From contig NC_092383.1 of NCBI RefSeq assembly GCF_030028105.1, forward strand, positions 87,997,921 to 88,061,920: 64,000 nucleotides of DNA, given 5' to 3'. Shown piece by piece: positions 24,901 through 38,699 of the stretch. Each line of letters begins with the position of its first letter. Position 1 is the stretch's first letter. Position numbers and translations under genes: made by a program. Under the pieces are notes generated by a model that saw nothing but the letters and a program-made list of their open reading frames with translations, had not been told where the DNA came from and searched no databases. Source of the DNA: Mobula birostris. Taxonomy: Eukaryota.

Positions 24901-27345
24901 ACTCTTTTACCCTTTATATACTTGAAAAAGCTTTTAGTATCTTCTTTGATAATAGTTGCCAGCTTGCTTTCATAATTCTCTCACTCTCTTGAGATCCATT
25001 ACCAACCTGATTTTTCCTATCAACCTGCATGTTAAAATCTCCCATGATTACCATATCATTGCCCTATTGACTCACCTTTTCTCTTTCCTGTTGTCAGCTG
25101 TGGTCCACCTCCCAGACACGGTTGGGAGGCCTAGATACAACTGCCATCAATGTCCTTTTACCCTTGCAGTTTCTCAACTCAACCCACAAGGATTCAACAC
25201 TTTCGATCCTATGACTCATCTTTATACTGATTTGATGCCATTCTTTACCAGTAGAGCCACAAAACCCCCTCTTCCCATCTTCCTATCCCTCAGATATAAC
25301 ATTCATCCTTCACAACCATGAACCATCCTATATACAACCATCCTTCAGCCAAGATTCAGTGATGACTATAACATCATAACTGGCAACCTTGGACATTCAG
25401 CTCCCAACTAGAGCCATCCTTCAGCCAAGATTCAGTGATGACCACAACATCATACCTGGCAATCTGTAATAGTGCAAGAAGATCATCAACCTTGCATAAT
25501 TTCTCACTGCCATGCTGACTTTGTATTATTTCGTCCTGTGTCACCAAGTACTCCATCACATCATCCTTAACAATTGACTCTAACATCTTCCCAACCACTG
25601 AGGTCAGGTTAACTGGTCTATAATTTCCTTTCAGACGCCTTCCTCCTTTCTTAAAGACTGGAGTAATGTTTGCAATGTTCCTGTCCTGTGACACCATGCC
25701 AGAGTCCAATGATTTTTGAAAGATCTTTCCTAATGCCACCACAATCTCTAATGCTACCTCTTTCAGAACCCTCAGGTACAGTTCATCTGGTCTGGGTGAC
25801 TTTCAATAGAATCTATTAAAAAAACTCCTGGATGGGTGCGTGGAGCTTAGAAAAATAGAGGGCTATAGGTAACCCAAGGTAATTTCTAAAGTCAGTACAT
25901 CTTTGTCACAGCATTGTGGGCCGAAGGGCCTGTATTGTGCTGTAGGTTTTCTATGTTTCTATGTTTTCCATGACTTATGTGGCTTTAGGTCCTTCAGCTT
26001 TTTGAGCACCTTCTCTCTTGTAATATGAACTGCACCCATTTCTCTTCCTTCACACACTACAACATCAGGCATACCGCTAGTGACTTCCACAGTGAAGATT
26101 GGTGCAAAATACTTAGTTCATCAGCCATCTCCTTTTCCCCCTTAGTAGTTCTCCTGCCTCATTTTCTAGTGGCCCTATATCCACTCTTATTTCTCTTTTA
26201 TTTTTAATATACTTGAAAAAACTTTTGCTATCCACTTTGATATTACTTCCTAGCTTGCATTCATCTTTCATCTTTACTCTTCTAATGAATTTTTAGTTGC
26301 TCTCTGTAGGGTTTTAAAATTTTCCCAATCCTCTATCTCCCCACTAATTTTTGTTTTGCTGTATGTCCTTTCTTTTGCTTTTACAATAGCTTTGACTTTC
26401 TTTGTCAGCCATGTTCTACTATTTTACCATTTGAGTATTTCTTCATTTTTGGAATATATATGTCCTGCTCCTTCCTCAGTTTTCCCTGAAGCGCACAACA
26501 TTGCTTCTCTGCTGACATCTCTGCCAGCAGCTCCTTCCATTTACTTTGGCCAACTCCTCTCTCATACCACTGTAATTTCCCTTACTCCACTGAAATACTG
26601 CTACATCAAATTTTACTTTCTCTCTATCAAATTTCAAGTTGAACTCAATCATATTGTGATCATTGGTTCCTAAGTGTTCTTTTACCTTCAGCTCTCTAAT
26701 CACCTCCAGTTCATTACATAATATCCAATCCAGTATAGCTGATCCCCTAAGTAGGCTCAATGACAAACTGCTCTAAAAAGCTATCTCTTAGGCATTCAAC
26801 AAATTCACTCTTGAGATCCATTACCAATCTGATTTTCCCAATCGACCTGCATGTTAAAATCTCCCATGACTACCATAACATTGCCTTTTTAACTCACCTT
26901 TTCTACTTCCTGTTATAATCTGTGGTCCATCTCCCAGCCACTGTTGGGAGGCCTGTATGTAACTGCCATCACCATCCTTCTACCCTTGCAGTTTCTTAAC
27001 TCAACCAATGAGGATTCAACATCTTCCGATCCAATGTCACAGCTTTATACTGATTTAATGCCGTTCTTCACTAGTACAGCCATACGACCCCCTCAGCCTA
27101 CTTTCCTAACCCTCTGATATAACGTGCAACCTTGGACATTCAGCTCCCAACTACAACCGTCCTTCAGCCAAGATTCAGTGATGGCCACAACATCATAACT
27201 GGCAAACTGTAATAGAGCAACAAGATCATCAACCTTATTTCTTGTACTACGCACATTTAGATACAACACATTGAGTTCTGTATTTGCTATCCTTTCTGAT
27301 TCTGTATCCCTAAGACAGATAGATACATCCGTTATTGATCCCAAA
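21980..27345 (-). mobile_element. Stack of several co-oriented or nested CR1 LINE copies (endonuclease to 3' end)
   Basis: Multiple ORF pieces: endonuclease (YLNVRSTRNKVDDL...AITESWL), RT (LDFQKAFGKVPH, KFADDTKIGG) and repeated 3' tails. Confidence 0.85.
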
Positions 27346-28287
27346 GGAAATTATAGTGTCATCATAGCATTACAAGTGCACAGATATACAAATATTAGAA
27401 GAGAAGTGAGAAAGTATGTTTAGCTTTCCAATGCCTCTTTAATTTCCAGGAACTTCAAGGTGTACAAATCTCTTCACATGCACCAGGAACTTTGCAGTGC
27501 ACACACATCTCCAGTTATACCCAGCGTAACTTCACCTGCTCTCGAACCTCTCCCTTAGCCCGACAGTGTACAGGTGGCAGGGTTGCATAGCAGTTAGTGC
27601 AACGTTTTACATTAACAGCGATAATCGTGCAATCAATCGTGGATCAATTCCCACTGCTGTCTTTGAAGAGATTGTACATAATCCCAGTGACTGCATTGGT
27701 TTCTGTTGTGCATTTAATATTTCAGTAATATTGTAAATGAATTGTTTGACTAAGCCTTCTTGCTTTCTTTGAATAATTAATTTAAAATAATTCATATTGT
27801 GGGTTATATGTAAAAGTACATTAATAGCATACTATACATCATCACATCACCGTGTCATACATGAGTGCCTTGCTCAGAGCAAAAACTAAGCTAAGACGTG
27901 TATTCCCAGCTCTGTGTTTCCTTTCAATTGGTTTTACGTTTTGGAATTACAAATCACAACAGTAGGTGACAAGGACATTTTATAGAGCTCAAGATGTCAA
28001 CCTACCTGGTGAAGTGCAGCAAGAGGCTCAAGTTAAGAAGAACCACGTGAGATATTTGAGTTTTTGAAAAGCAGCGCAGCACGTACGTCTTCCTAAAGGG
28101 ACAGACATGGTTGAGTCAAAAGAGGCAGAAAATGGGAAAATTCAAGGGTTTAAAAATAGTGAGTACTGAGTGATAATAATCATAAGTTTTTTAAAGTGCA
28201 GAGACAACGAGCTATGCTGGAAAGATAGGCACATTCAATTGCAGAAGAAATAACTGCAATATGTATACTGAGTGAATTGAAATACTC

Positions 28288-31200
28288 ATTTTCGTTTTTC
28301 ATTTTTAAATCTTTTTTATTGATTATTATTGAAAATCAACAACAAAGAAAAATACATCAAGATAATGAAGACAACATATCCATATGTAAAATAAGAGTTA
28401 AACTGTCAACCAAACTGAACAATCTATCAATAATAATTAAAAAAAATCAAAATGTTAAAGCTTTTTTTTGGAAAAAGGAAAGAAAGAAAAAAGAACCCCT
28501 ACTAACTAAAACAAAAAAAAACCCTGATAACAAAAAAAAGGGAAGAAAACCCATATGGAGCACAAACCCGGAGCTATACGCCATACAGGCTTCCATAAAA
28601 AAAGACATCATTCTGCCAACCAATCCATGTTCCCGAGCATCAGAAAAGGACCATCTTAATTAACTCAAATCAAATGATAATAACGGGCAAAAGACCCCCA
28701 CCTTTTCTCGAAGTCAATTCTAGGATCAGAAGTTCGACTTCTAATTTTTTTCCAAACTAAGACATAACATCACCTGAGAGAACCAGTGTATCAAAGTGGG
28801 AGCAGAGGCATCTTTCCATTTTAATAAAATAGTCCTTCTAGCCAATAATGTGACAAATGCAATTACGTGTTGGTCTGATGTAGAAATACTATGAATATAT
28901 TGAGGAATTATACCAAACAAAACTGTTAAGTTATTAGGTTGTAAATTGATTTTTAAAGCTTTAGAAATTGTAGAAAAAATAGATTTCCAAAACTGTTTCA
29001 ATACGGAACACGACCAAAACATATGTGTCAATGTAGCTATCTCAGTTTTACATCTGTCACACTGACTGTTTACATTAGGAAATGTTTTAGACAATCTATC
29101 CTTTGTCAAATAATAACGATGTACAATTTTAAATTGAATTAGAGAATGACTGGCACAAATCGAAGAAGAGTTGACCAACTTCAAAATTCGCAACCAATCC
29201 TCTGTTATCAAGATCACGTTAAGCTCTCTTTCCCAATCTTGCTTAATCTTAAGTAAAGAATAGATATCCTGTTGTAATAGTAAATTATAAATTTTCCCAA
29301 TAAAACCTTTCATTAAAGGGTTCATTTTAAAAATAATGTCTAACAGGTCAGAATCTTGTATATATGGAAAATTACTTAAATATTCTTGTAAGAAATGTCT
29401 GACCTGAAGACATTACGAAAAATGTGAATATGAAAGAGAATATTTAGTTACTAATTTCTCAAAGGACATCAATCAGCCTTCTTGAAACAAATCCATGAAA
29501 GAAAAAATTCCTTTATTCCTCCAAAGAGAAAAGGTAGGATCACTAAGGGAAGGTTTAAGTAAATAGTTTCGATAAATTAAACTAAAAAGGTTAATTTTTT
29601 TTAAGATTAAAAAACTTACGAAACTGGTACCAGATTCGTAATGGCTGCTTAATCATAGGATTTATATTTAAAATAGAAATTTTGGCTAATTGTACAGGTA
29701 AAGGAGCTCCTAATAACGAAGTTAAACAAAATTGTTTCACAATTTTCAATTCCAGCTCAACCCATGGTGGTCGTTCCTTTTTATCGGTCCAGTATAACCA
29801 AGAACACGCATAACGTATATTAACCACCCAATAATACATTCTTAAATTAGACAAAGTAAGACCTCCACCCTTTTTTAATTTTCATAAATGACATATTCCA
29901 ATTCTTGGTCTTTTATTATTCCAAACAAAAGATGAAATAATAGTCAACCTGATCAAAAAACTTCTGAGTTAGAAAAATAGGGATATTTTGAAATACATAT
30001 AAAAATTTTGGTAAAATCATCATTTTAACTGCATGAATTTGACCAACTAATGAAAGTGTAAGTGGATTCCATCTAGAAAAAATTGCTTCATAAAATCCAC
30101 TGAGGGAACTAAATTAGCTCCATAAAGGTCTCCATAATTTTTAGTGATGATAATACCTAAATATTTAAAAGAAACCAGAACGTTAAAAGGAATCTCATCA
30201 TATATAGAAGCAGAATCTTTTAAAGGAAATAATTCACTTTTATGCAGGTTTAATTTATATCCTGAAAACAATCCAAATTCATTGAATAATTTCAATAAAC
30301 TAGGAATAGATTCTTCCGGATTCGAAACATAAACCAAAAGATCATCCGCATAAAGGGAAATCTTATGACTAGTCCCATTTATAGAAATTCCTTGAATATC
30401 TTTGGCTTCACGAAGTGCAATAGCCAAAGGTTCCAACATCAAATTAAATAACACAGGGCTCAACAGACATCCTTGTCTCGTACCCCGCGAAAGTCGGAAA
30501 AAGGGGGATCTACAGTTATTAGTAATAACAGTGGCAATAGGGCTTTTATATATCAATCTAATCCATTTATTAAAATTAGTACCAAAGCTAAGTTTCTCTA
30601 AAACTTTAAATAAATATTTCCATTCAACTCTATCAAATGCCACTTCAGCATCTAGAGAAACAACACACTGGGGAGTCTTAGACAAGGATGAGTATATAAC
30701 ATTTAACAGTCTCCGAGTGTTAGAAAAGGAATAATGGCCTTTTATAAAACCTGTTTGATCCTGAGAAATAATTTTAGCTAGTATATTCTCCATCCGATTA
30801 GCCATTATTTTGAAAGAATTTTAGTGTCCGCATTTAATAATGAAATAGGTCTATATGAAGCACAATCTGTAGGGTCTTTATCTTCCTTAAGAATTAAAGA
30901 GCTGTGTACATACATCTATTGATGCTTCTGGACACATCTTCAGTGATGTTCCTGGAATCATCGGGTGTTTCAGGTCTTTCAACATCATACAACCTCCTCC
31001 ACGTGACCCAGCCGGGGCTGATCAGACCCCAGCTTGTGTCCAGATGGCTAGCTACTTATGACTCCATGGCTCCCCTCTTTTGAGCCACAGCCATCTTGAG
31101 GCCCTCTCTGCTGCATCGGTAGTACTGCGGATGGCTCTCCTCTTCCTCTCTCCCTCGATGCCCAAAATGCTGAAGGCTCTAACTAAAGAAGTTTCATAAA

Positions 31201-34200
31201 ATGTGGAAGGTAACTCTCCCAGCAGAAAAGAAGCTTTAAGCATTTCCAACATATCAGGAGTAAGCAAATCTACAAATTTTTTTATAAAATCCTACGGAAA
31301 AACCATCCAATCCAGGAGCTTTACCAGATTGCATTGAAAGAATAGCTTTCTGAATTTCTCTTTCAGTAAAAGGACCATCAAGAATTTGCTGATCTTCAAC
31401 AGATATTCTAGGAAAATCAATCTTTTGGTTTATTGTTAGAAGGGTCAGCTGGAAACTGAGATTTATACAGTTCACTATAATAGTCTTGAAAAATGTTATT
31501 AATATCTTCATAATTACAAGCTAAACTACCATCTCCCTTACGAACTTTTAAAATTTGTCGTTTAGCTTTAACTGCTTTAAGTTGAGATGCTAATAGTTTG
31601 TTACTTTTATCTCCAAACACATAAACTTGACTTTTTAATTTAAGCAAATTTCTTTCAATAGGATAAGTTAATAGTAAATTATATTGTGATTGAAGTTCAA
31701 CCCTTTGTTTGAATAAATCAACATTAGGAGAAACTGGGTAAGTGTTGTCCAGGTCTTTAATTTGTCTTGAAATTCTATCTAACTCTGTTTTTGTCTGTTT
31801 CTTGAGCTTAGCCAAATAGGATATTATCTGACCTCACAAATATGCTTTAAGTGTATCCCATATAATCAATTTCGAGACATCTCCCGTATTATTAAAAAGA
31901 AAGAAATCTCTTATCTGAATCTCTATAAATTTGACAAAGTCTGAACGTTGTAATAAATTTTCTGGGAAGCGCCAAGGAAAGTTTACATTACTAACATCAT
32001 TTAACTCAAAAGGTAAACTTAAAGGTTCATGACAGGACAGCAATAGCATCATATTCACTTTTCTGAACTTTAGACAAAAATCGGAAATCAGTTATAAAAT
32101 AATCAATTCTCGAATATTTATTATGAACATATGAATAAAAAGAATAATCTCTATCATTAGGATGTAAATTTCTCCAGATTTCTATCAAACCATAATCAAT
32201 TAAAAAGGAATTAATAAGTGTTGCTGAACAACTCGGAAGCTGCTGATTGGTTGAACTCTTGTCAATCAAAGGGTTTAAACAACAGTTGAAGTCACCTTCC
32301 ATCAGCAGCATATATTCATTTAGGTCTAGTAATAAACCAAATACATTTTTTAAAAAAAGAAGGATCATCTACATTCGGTCCGTGTAGATTAATCAAGACA
32401 ATCTTTCTATTACAAATTGTTCCTTTAATAATTAAAAATCTACCATTATTATCTGAGATGATGATTTCTTGAATGAATGAAATATTAGATTTAATAAAAA
32501 TAGATACTCCCTTTGTTTTATTTTGACAAGTAGCATGGTATTGAAGGCCCTTCCATGTTTTCAGAAATCTATTTTGATTGCCCATTCTGATATGAGTTGC
32601 TTGAGCAAAAATTATATCGGGCTGGAATCGATTAATAATTTAAAAAGTCTTCTTTCGCTTAATAAGGTGATTCCAGCCACGTACATTCCGACTAATAACG
32701 TTTATCTGTTTAAGTACCCTTGAGTGCTATTAAACAGAACAATACACGCATACCATGGCAGGCTAATCAAAGATGGCGGTGATGAGTATAACCAAATAGA
32801 AAACACGCATGCTCCGGAACTCCATAATGGGGAAAAATACAGGAAATGTGTGAAAAAAATCCCACAATAAACCCCAAAATGCAAAAATACCCCAAACATC
32901 CCACCATCCCCGAAGATAGAAATCCAGCACAGGAGAAAAAGGCCGGAACGCATCCCCAAGAAGAAAAGCAAAAGGACGGAACTCCGCGTGCCGCACAATT
33001 TAAATAATGATTTAAAAATTTTTGCTCTCAATTCCCCCTCCCCTTACAAAGAAAATACGTAACCTTAAGATAAGAAAGCCCAGCAAAGAAGAAAAAAATG
33101 TTTATACTTAATCATTGAAAATAAACGAGGGAATGCAAAAATAGTCTCCAAAGACGTCAAAGCAATGCTATTAACCCAAACAGTATAATCTCCAAAAAGC
33201 GAAAAGCAGCGCCATTTTTCTTTAACTTACTACCTTATTTAACGAAAGAACTGCAGCTAATTATCTATTCCTAAACACTCCATAATATAAGAAAAAAGTC
33301 TATATAAACTGTAAGCAAACTATCATTTAATTAATAAAGAAAAAGGAAGATAGAAACAGATAACTAGTTAACAATCTATCCGCTGTAGAAATTCACTCCG
33401 TATACTAAACAGACTTCAAAAAAAAGTCATTCTTTAGTCAAACCAAGAAGATCACCTCTTCTTTCAGTAATCCATCGATCAGAGAATATCTTAAGCATAC
33501 AGAAATCTTCAAAGCCTGTTTTCTTTCAGAAAATTATTCAGCAACTCTAATATCCTTCATACATCAGCCGATTCCACAACAGAGTTGACAAAATCCGATG
33601 CCGCTTGGGGATCCAAGAAGACACGAGGTGTAGAATCTTTAGGAAATAATTTTAATCTCGCCAGGTATCTCAGAGATGGAAAAAGTCTTTTTTCATAGGC
33701 TATCTTCATGACGGATATGAATTTCATCCATTGTTCCATAACTTCCCGTGAATAATCTTCATGAAAACAGATCTCCGAACCGTTAAATTTTAAAACTTTC
33801 TGTTTTCTTGCACTTTTTATGATTTGGTCTTTAACTTTAAAGCAAAGAAAGTTAACTAAAATTGGTCAAGCTTTATCTGACGAAGTGAAAATTCTGTGAG
33901 CTCTTTCAATATCGGGAGGCTGAGGTAGAATATCCGGAAACAGAGATTGAAACAGATTGGCAAAATAATCCAATAAATTCCCCTTCTCAGCACCTTCTTT
34001 AAGACCCACAATTCTAATGTTATTTCTACACAATCTTGCGTCTAAATCGACAATTTTGTGTTGAGCCTGTTCCAAGCGGGTTGAAATAGCCACAATCTGA
34101 CGTTTCCATTCTTTAAACTAAGTATTCAAGGAAACAATATTTTCCTTAATAGTCTGTAAACTCTGTCGGAACGACTTCAACTCAGAAGTGTTATTGTCCA

Positions 34201-34472
34201 TTTTGTTGTTGAGACCCATCAATGCACTTTCCAAACGCTCAGTTCAGACAGGCATATCTTCTAATTTTTCTTTTGAAGTTTTTCCCTTTCCATTGCTGGG
34301 TTCAAAAAACTGTTTTCCACTTCTTAAAGGATACGACATAATGATCACTATTTCCCTCAAATATCCAAAAAATAAAAGTTAAACAATTCAAAGTTTAGAT
34401 TGAGGAAAAGGAGGAATTAAAGGCAGCCACAAAATGTATGTATTACTCCATTGAGCTGCAGGCGGAAGTCCC
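28288..34472 (-). mobile_element. Full-length but frameshifted L1-clade LINE
   Basis: 5' end reads GGGACTTCCG on the minus strand. ORF1 has RNNIRIVGLKEGAE and IERAHR. ORF2 has endonuclease (GDFNCCL, SRIDYF), RT (GTRQGCLLSP, LYADD) and a C-terminal Cys motif (CDRC...HMFWSC). T-rich tail at 28288, with near-perfect TSD gaaatactc (28279) / gaactactc (34473). Confidence 0.9.
30900..31180 (-). mobile_element. 3' fragment of a HERO-like (restriction-like endonuclease) non-LTR retrotransposon inserted in L1 ORF2
   Basis: RAFSILGIEGERKRRAIRSTTDAAERASRWLWLKRGEPWSHK* interrupts L1 ORF2 between ...STFYE and SLILKEDKDPTDCASYRPISLLN. The family assignment is from recall of the C-terminal motif. Confidence 0.55.
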
Positions 34473-37400
34473 GAACTACTCAATGAGAAACGCAGCCCAG
34501 TTTTAAAAGCATATTAGGTGTAAGAGCATACAGCTTGTTTAGAGGTTTTCAAGTATCATGAAAGAAATGCAGGAACATTTAGAATTGAAACCATTTTTGC
34601 TTGTAGAATACTTTATGTTACAACAATGAAATCAAAAGGAAGGGGAGTCCATTTCAGTGTACGTTGCTGAATTGAAGAGGTTTTCAGAGCATCATCAGTT
34701 CACTGGTGGGGTAAATAATCCACTGAGAAATTGTTTAGTTTGTGAAATACAACAACCAACAAACCATATTGAACTTATACGTGGTAACAGTAGGACAGCC
34801 AACATTGTGGGGATATGACCAGCTGAGACAACTGCAACTTGATTGGAGATCCACCCATCATTTGCATGCCACATCCCCTGCAATAGCGTCAACCAAAAAC
34901 AAACTTTAAAAAGGGTACTGGATTGATGCCACAGCAGAGTCCAGGGCTAGCACTGGAAAACGCAAATATATCAAGGGTAAAATTGTGTTAAATAAAAGTA
35001 ACACACCCAAGTTTTACAAAACACATCCTCTTTCTTACACTATCAGTGATAAAGTAGCCAGTGAGCTGGATCACATGTAGACCGATGGAATTCTTTCCAA
35101 GGTTAGTTGGATCCATAGGGAACACAAGTGGTCCCAGCAGAAAGAAGAATGGGTGTCTCAATGTCTCTGGTGATTTACAGGTCACCATGAACACGGTACT
35201 AAATGTAAACAAGAGAAAATCTGCAGATGCTGGAAATCAAAGCAATACACACAAAATGCAGGAGAAACTCAGCAGGCCAGGCAGCATCTATGAAAAAAGA
35301 GTAAACGGTTGATGTTTCAGGCTGAGTCCCTTCATCAGATCTACCTGGCCACCCAAAAATGGCTGGAATGTGCAGCAGAAATCACAGAACCCCCATTTTC
35401 ACAAGTACCTGGATGAACTTACCCTTGACAGGGGATTGAGAGCTGTTGTACCATCTAAGCTCAAAGCTAAAGTGTTGGAGGAGCTACATGCCAATCACCT
35501 AGGTGTTGTCAAAATGAAAGTGTTCGCTCAAAGCTTTGTCGAGTGGGCCGGAATAGATCAGTAGATCAAGCAGCTTGCCATGCACTGTTCGGGACACCAA
35601 CACATCCAGAAGAAAGGTATTTGCAGCTGTTCAGAACCACTTCCGGCAGTCACAGAGTCAACTCCTACAACCACCATGGACGTGGTGCAAGAACCTCAGA
35701 TTGTTTCAGGGCTGCAAGCTTCTCCTGCCAAACATGGTGACCTCCTTTGTCAGGAAGGGTGTTATCCCACAAGTGTAAGAAATCCTCAGTGGCAATTAAA
35801 TCCTCAGACCTGAACGGGACATGCTGTGGATGTTTATAAAGTAGTCACAGAGTTAGGAGGCTTGCATGCCTCAATGACCCAGAGAGTCCTAAGTGCCAGC
35901 GGCATAACAGGCAGTAAGTAAATAAGTATTATTTATATATACGTATATATGTGTATGTTGAGATTCATTCCATATTGAGTTGGAGTTTATATCTAAGCAG
36001 GGAGGAGTGTTGTGTATTTAATATCTCAGTAATATTTGAGTAATATTGTAAATGTATGTTTGATTAAGCATTTCTTGTTTCTTTAAATAATTGATTGAAA
36101 ATAATTGAAATTGCAGGTTATATATAAAAGTACATGAATGGCTTACATCATCACACCACCAGGTCATGAATGAAAGCCTCCCCGAAAGCAAAAAGCTCCA
36201 TGTTTCCTTTCAAATATTTTAATGCTTTAGAGTTACAAAACATAACTGTTTCCTCCCACGTGTTAGTTTTAGTGAGGAGTGTGATTGCTGTGTTGGCTCC
36301 AGAATCATGACAACACCCACAGCACAATCCTTGGACTGTCTTGTTCATTGCTGCAAATCACATATTTCACCGTATTTTTTGAATGTTTTTATGCACATGT
36401 GTCCAATAAAGGTAATCTTTCATTCCTGGTGGCACTTCACTTTCCATTACTGAAGCAACTAATCACAATCCTCCACCCCTCCACCCTGCTTCCAGCTCAG
36501 ACAACACCCACTATACCATTACACTACAGCCATGGGCATTGACAGTTTCCCCCAGGCAAATACAGAACAATATAACCCTATTCAACACTCACAGCACCAA
36601 CACCCACCACTGTAGAGTCCCTACTGCACTATTCCTGCACCCACATAAAAAAATTATCACTGGTGTTTTCTGGAGAGGAATATCATCATCTTTGCTGCTT
36701 CTTCTCACCTCTCAGTTCCTAACATTGGATTTTCTATTTTTCTAGACGGGCTGACATGAAGCAGAACCCACAACACAGACAGATCGGTCCTTGTGCAGGG
36801 TCTCAACCTGGAATGTCGACGGCATCTTTCCACACCACAAATGCAGCTCAACCTGCTGTGTGCCTCCAGTAAATAGCTTATTGCTCCAGCTTCCAGCATC
36901 TACTGCCTGTTGTAAATTCACAGGTGAATCAGTGCAACAATTGCAGACCCTTCTAAAGATTCCAAGATTCACCCAAGCAACCAATAGTATTTTGACCTGA
37001 ACACAAGAGATTCTTCAGATGCTGGAAATGCAGAGAAACACACAGAAAATGCTGGACGAACTCAGCAGGTCAGGCAGCATCTATGGAGAGAAATAAAGAT
37101 TTGATATTTCAGGTTGAGACCAATGAAGGGTGTCAGCCAGACATGTCGACTCTTTATTCCTCTCCATAGATAAGACCATAAGACAAAGGAGCAGAAGTCG
37201 GCCATTTGGCCCATCGACTCTGCTCCGCCATTTTATCATGAGCTGATCCATTCTCCCATTTAGTCCCACTGCCCCGCCTTCTCATCATAACCTTTGATGC
37301 CCTGGCTACTCAGATACCTATCAATCTCTGCCTTAAATACATCCAATGACTTGGCCTCCACTGCTGCCCGTGGCAACAAATTCCATAGATTCACCACCAT

Positions 37401-37528
37401 AGATACTGACTGACCTGCTGAGTTCTTCCAGCATTCTGTGGGTGTTTTGTTTGGACTCATAAGCTGCTCTCAAAATGGTGCAATATTTTGCTTTTTTTAA
37501 TGTATGAGGGGGAGAGGGGGAGGGAACG

Positions 37529-37743
37529 TCGACTCAGACCATGAGATGCCTGCGTTGGGTATTTTCATGCCTTACAAGGCGGTAGTTGGAAGTCTGTGTG
37601 GTACGCCACTCCTCGCACAGACACAAGAGCAATGTGTGGTTAAGTGCCTTGTTCAAGGACACAAACACGCTGCCACAGCTGAGGCTCGAATTAGCAACCT
37701 TCAGATCCCTAAACGAACACCTTAACCACTTGGCCACATGCCC
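37529..37743 (-). mobile_element. tRNA-derived SINE
   Basis: On the minus strand it begins with a tRNA-like A box (TGGCCAAGTGG) and B-box-like TTCGAGCC. A core TGTGTCCTTGAACAAGGCACTTAACC and a non-tRNA tail follow. Confidence 0.65.
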
Positions 37744-38699
37744 ATCAATGTATGAAATACTGCTTAAAACCCAGCACAGCTATTCCAAATTATGTTAGTT
37801 AAAATAATCCAGAGTGAATAAAAACAGATGGATTTTATAAAGTTTATTGAGCAATCCATTGTAGTAAAACAACAACAAATTTCATTTCCACAGCTGCTTC
37901 AAGTTGATTGATAAAGCCAAAGGCCATGCACAGCAGCATTGTCTGACATTTGTCATTGAGTCACAGGTAGAGACGTAAGGTACATGTGATCAAAAACTCA
38001 GCAATTGCTGGGATTGATAAGCCTTTAGAGTGAGAATGAAAGAGAGGGCCAGAGAGCTGTAGAGAAGGAATTCCAACAGATCAGGATCTGAGCCACAGAA
38101 GGTACATCCACCAGAGGAATAACAGTTAATGTCAGTGGTGATCAAGGGTCCAGAACTGGAAGTTTCCATGTATTTCAGAGCTTCAAGAGATGCCAAGTGT
38201 TTCATATTGTGAGAGATAATTACAACCTGAATGGGACTTTGTCAGCATGGTGTTAATTCTACTGTGGAACCAGTGTGATAGGTCTCAGTATCCCCAGGAC
38301 AGCTCTAGCTCCATAATATAGGTGACCAGTGATTTCACAGCTATTGACCCAGATGACCGCTGGGGAGGCTGCAGAAAAAGAACCAACATAAAGACAATAC
38401 CTCTCCTTAAACATTTCACCTTTCACGTTAAACCCATGACCTCTAGCTGTAGTCCCACCCAATGTGACTTGTGGTGGACCTACTGTAGGATTATCTGTTT
38501 ATACTTATTTTTGTCTATTTTCCCCCCGAGAAACGCTTCAATGCATGAGACGTTGAGGAAGGCTGGACAGGTTTGTGTTGTACATGACGAGGGAAGTGCA
38601 CACTTCAGACGCAGTGAGCTCACGATGCAGGAAAAAAATATATAAAAAAATAAAATAAAGGGAATGTTTGGGGTGGGGGAGAGAGGCCAGTCGAGCAGA

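Larger units (their letters stand above)
27704..36247 (+). mobile_element. Decayed Ty3/Gypsy LTR retrotransposon (LTRs 27704-27961 and 36008-36247) interrupted by an L1
   Basis: Two homologous ~250-bp TGTTGTG...CA LTRs, a degenerate PBS after the 5' LTR and a purine tract before the 3' LTR. Remnants of gag (ILGVRAYSLFR), RT (SGDLQVTMN) and integrase Zn-binding region (VLEELHANHLGVVKMK) are visible. Confidence 0.75.

Noticed and set aside
25300-25465. ~75-bp direct repeat that could suggest an array
   Set aside because: It is a local duplication within a CR1 endonuclease fragment, with only two units and no spacer structure. There is no CRISPR-like array in this eukaryotic window.
28277-28663. 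128-aa Lys-rich ORF
   Set aside because: It is an antisense read of the low-complexity L1 3' UTR and tail.
36746-36870. Strong-looking acceptor (tttctatttttctag) with an open phase-2 frame (RRADMKQNPQH...)
   Set aside because: There is no convincing donor, and the frame runs straight into a Penelope-type repeat arm.
37680-37743. tRNA-like A and B boxes
   Set aside because: This is a SINE head fused to a non-tRNA core, and no complete cloverleaf is present.
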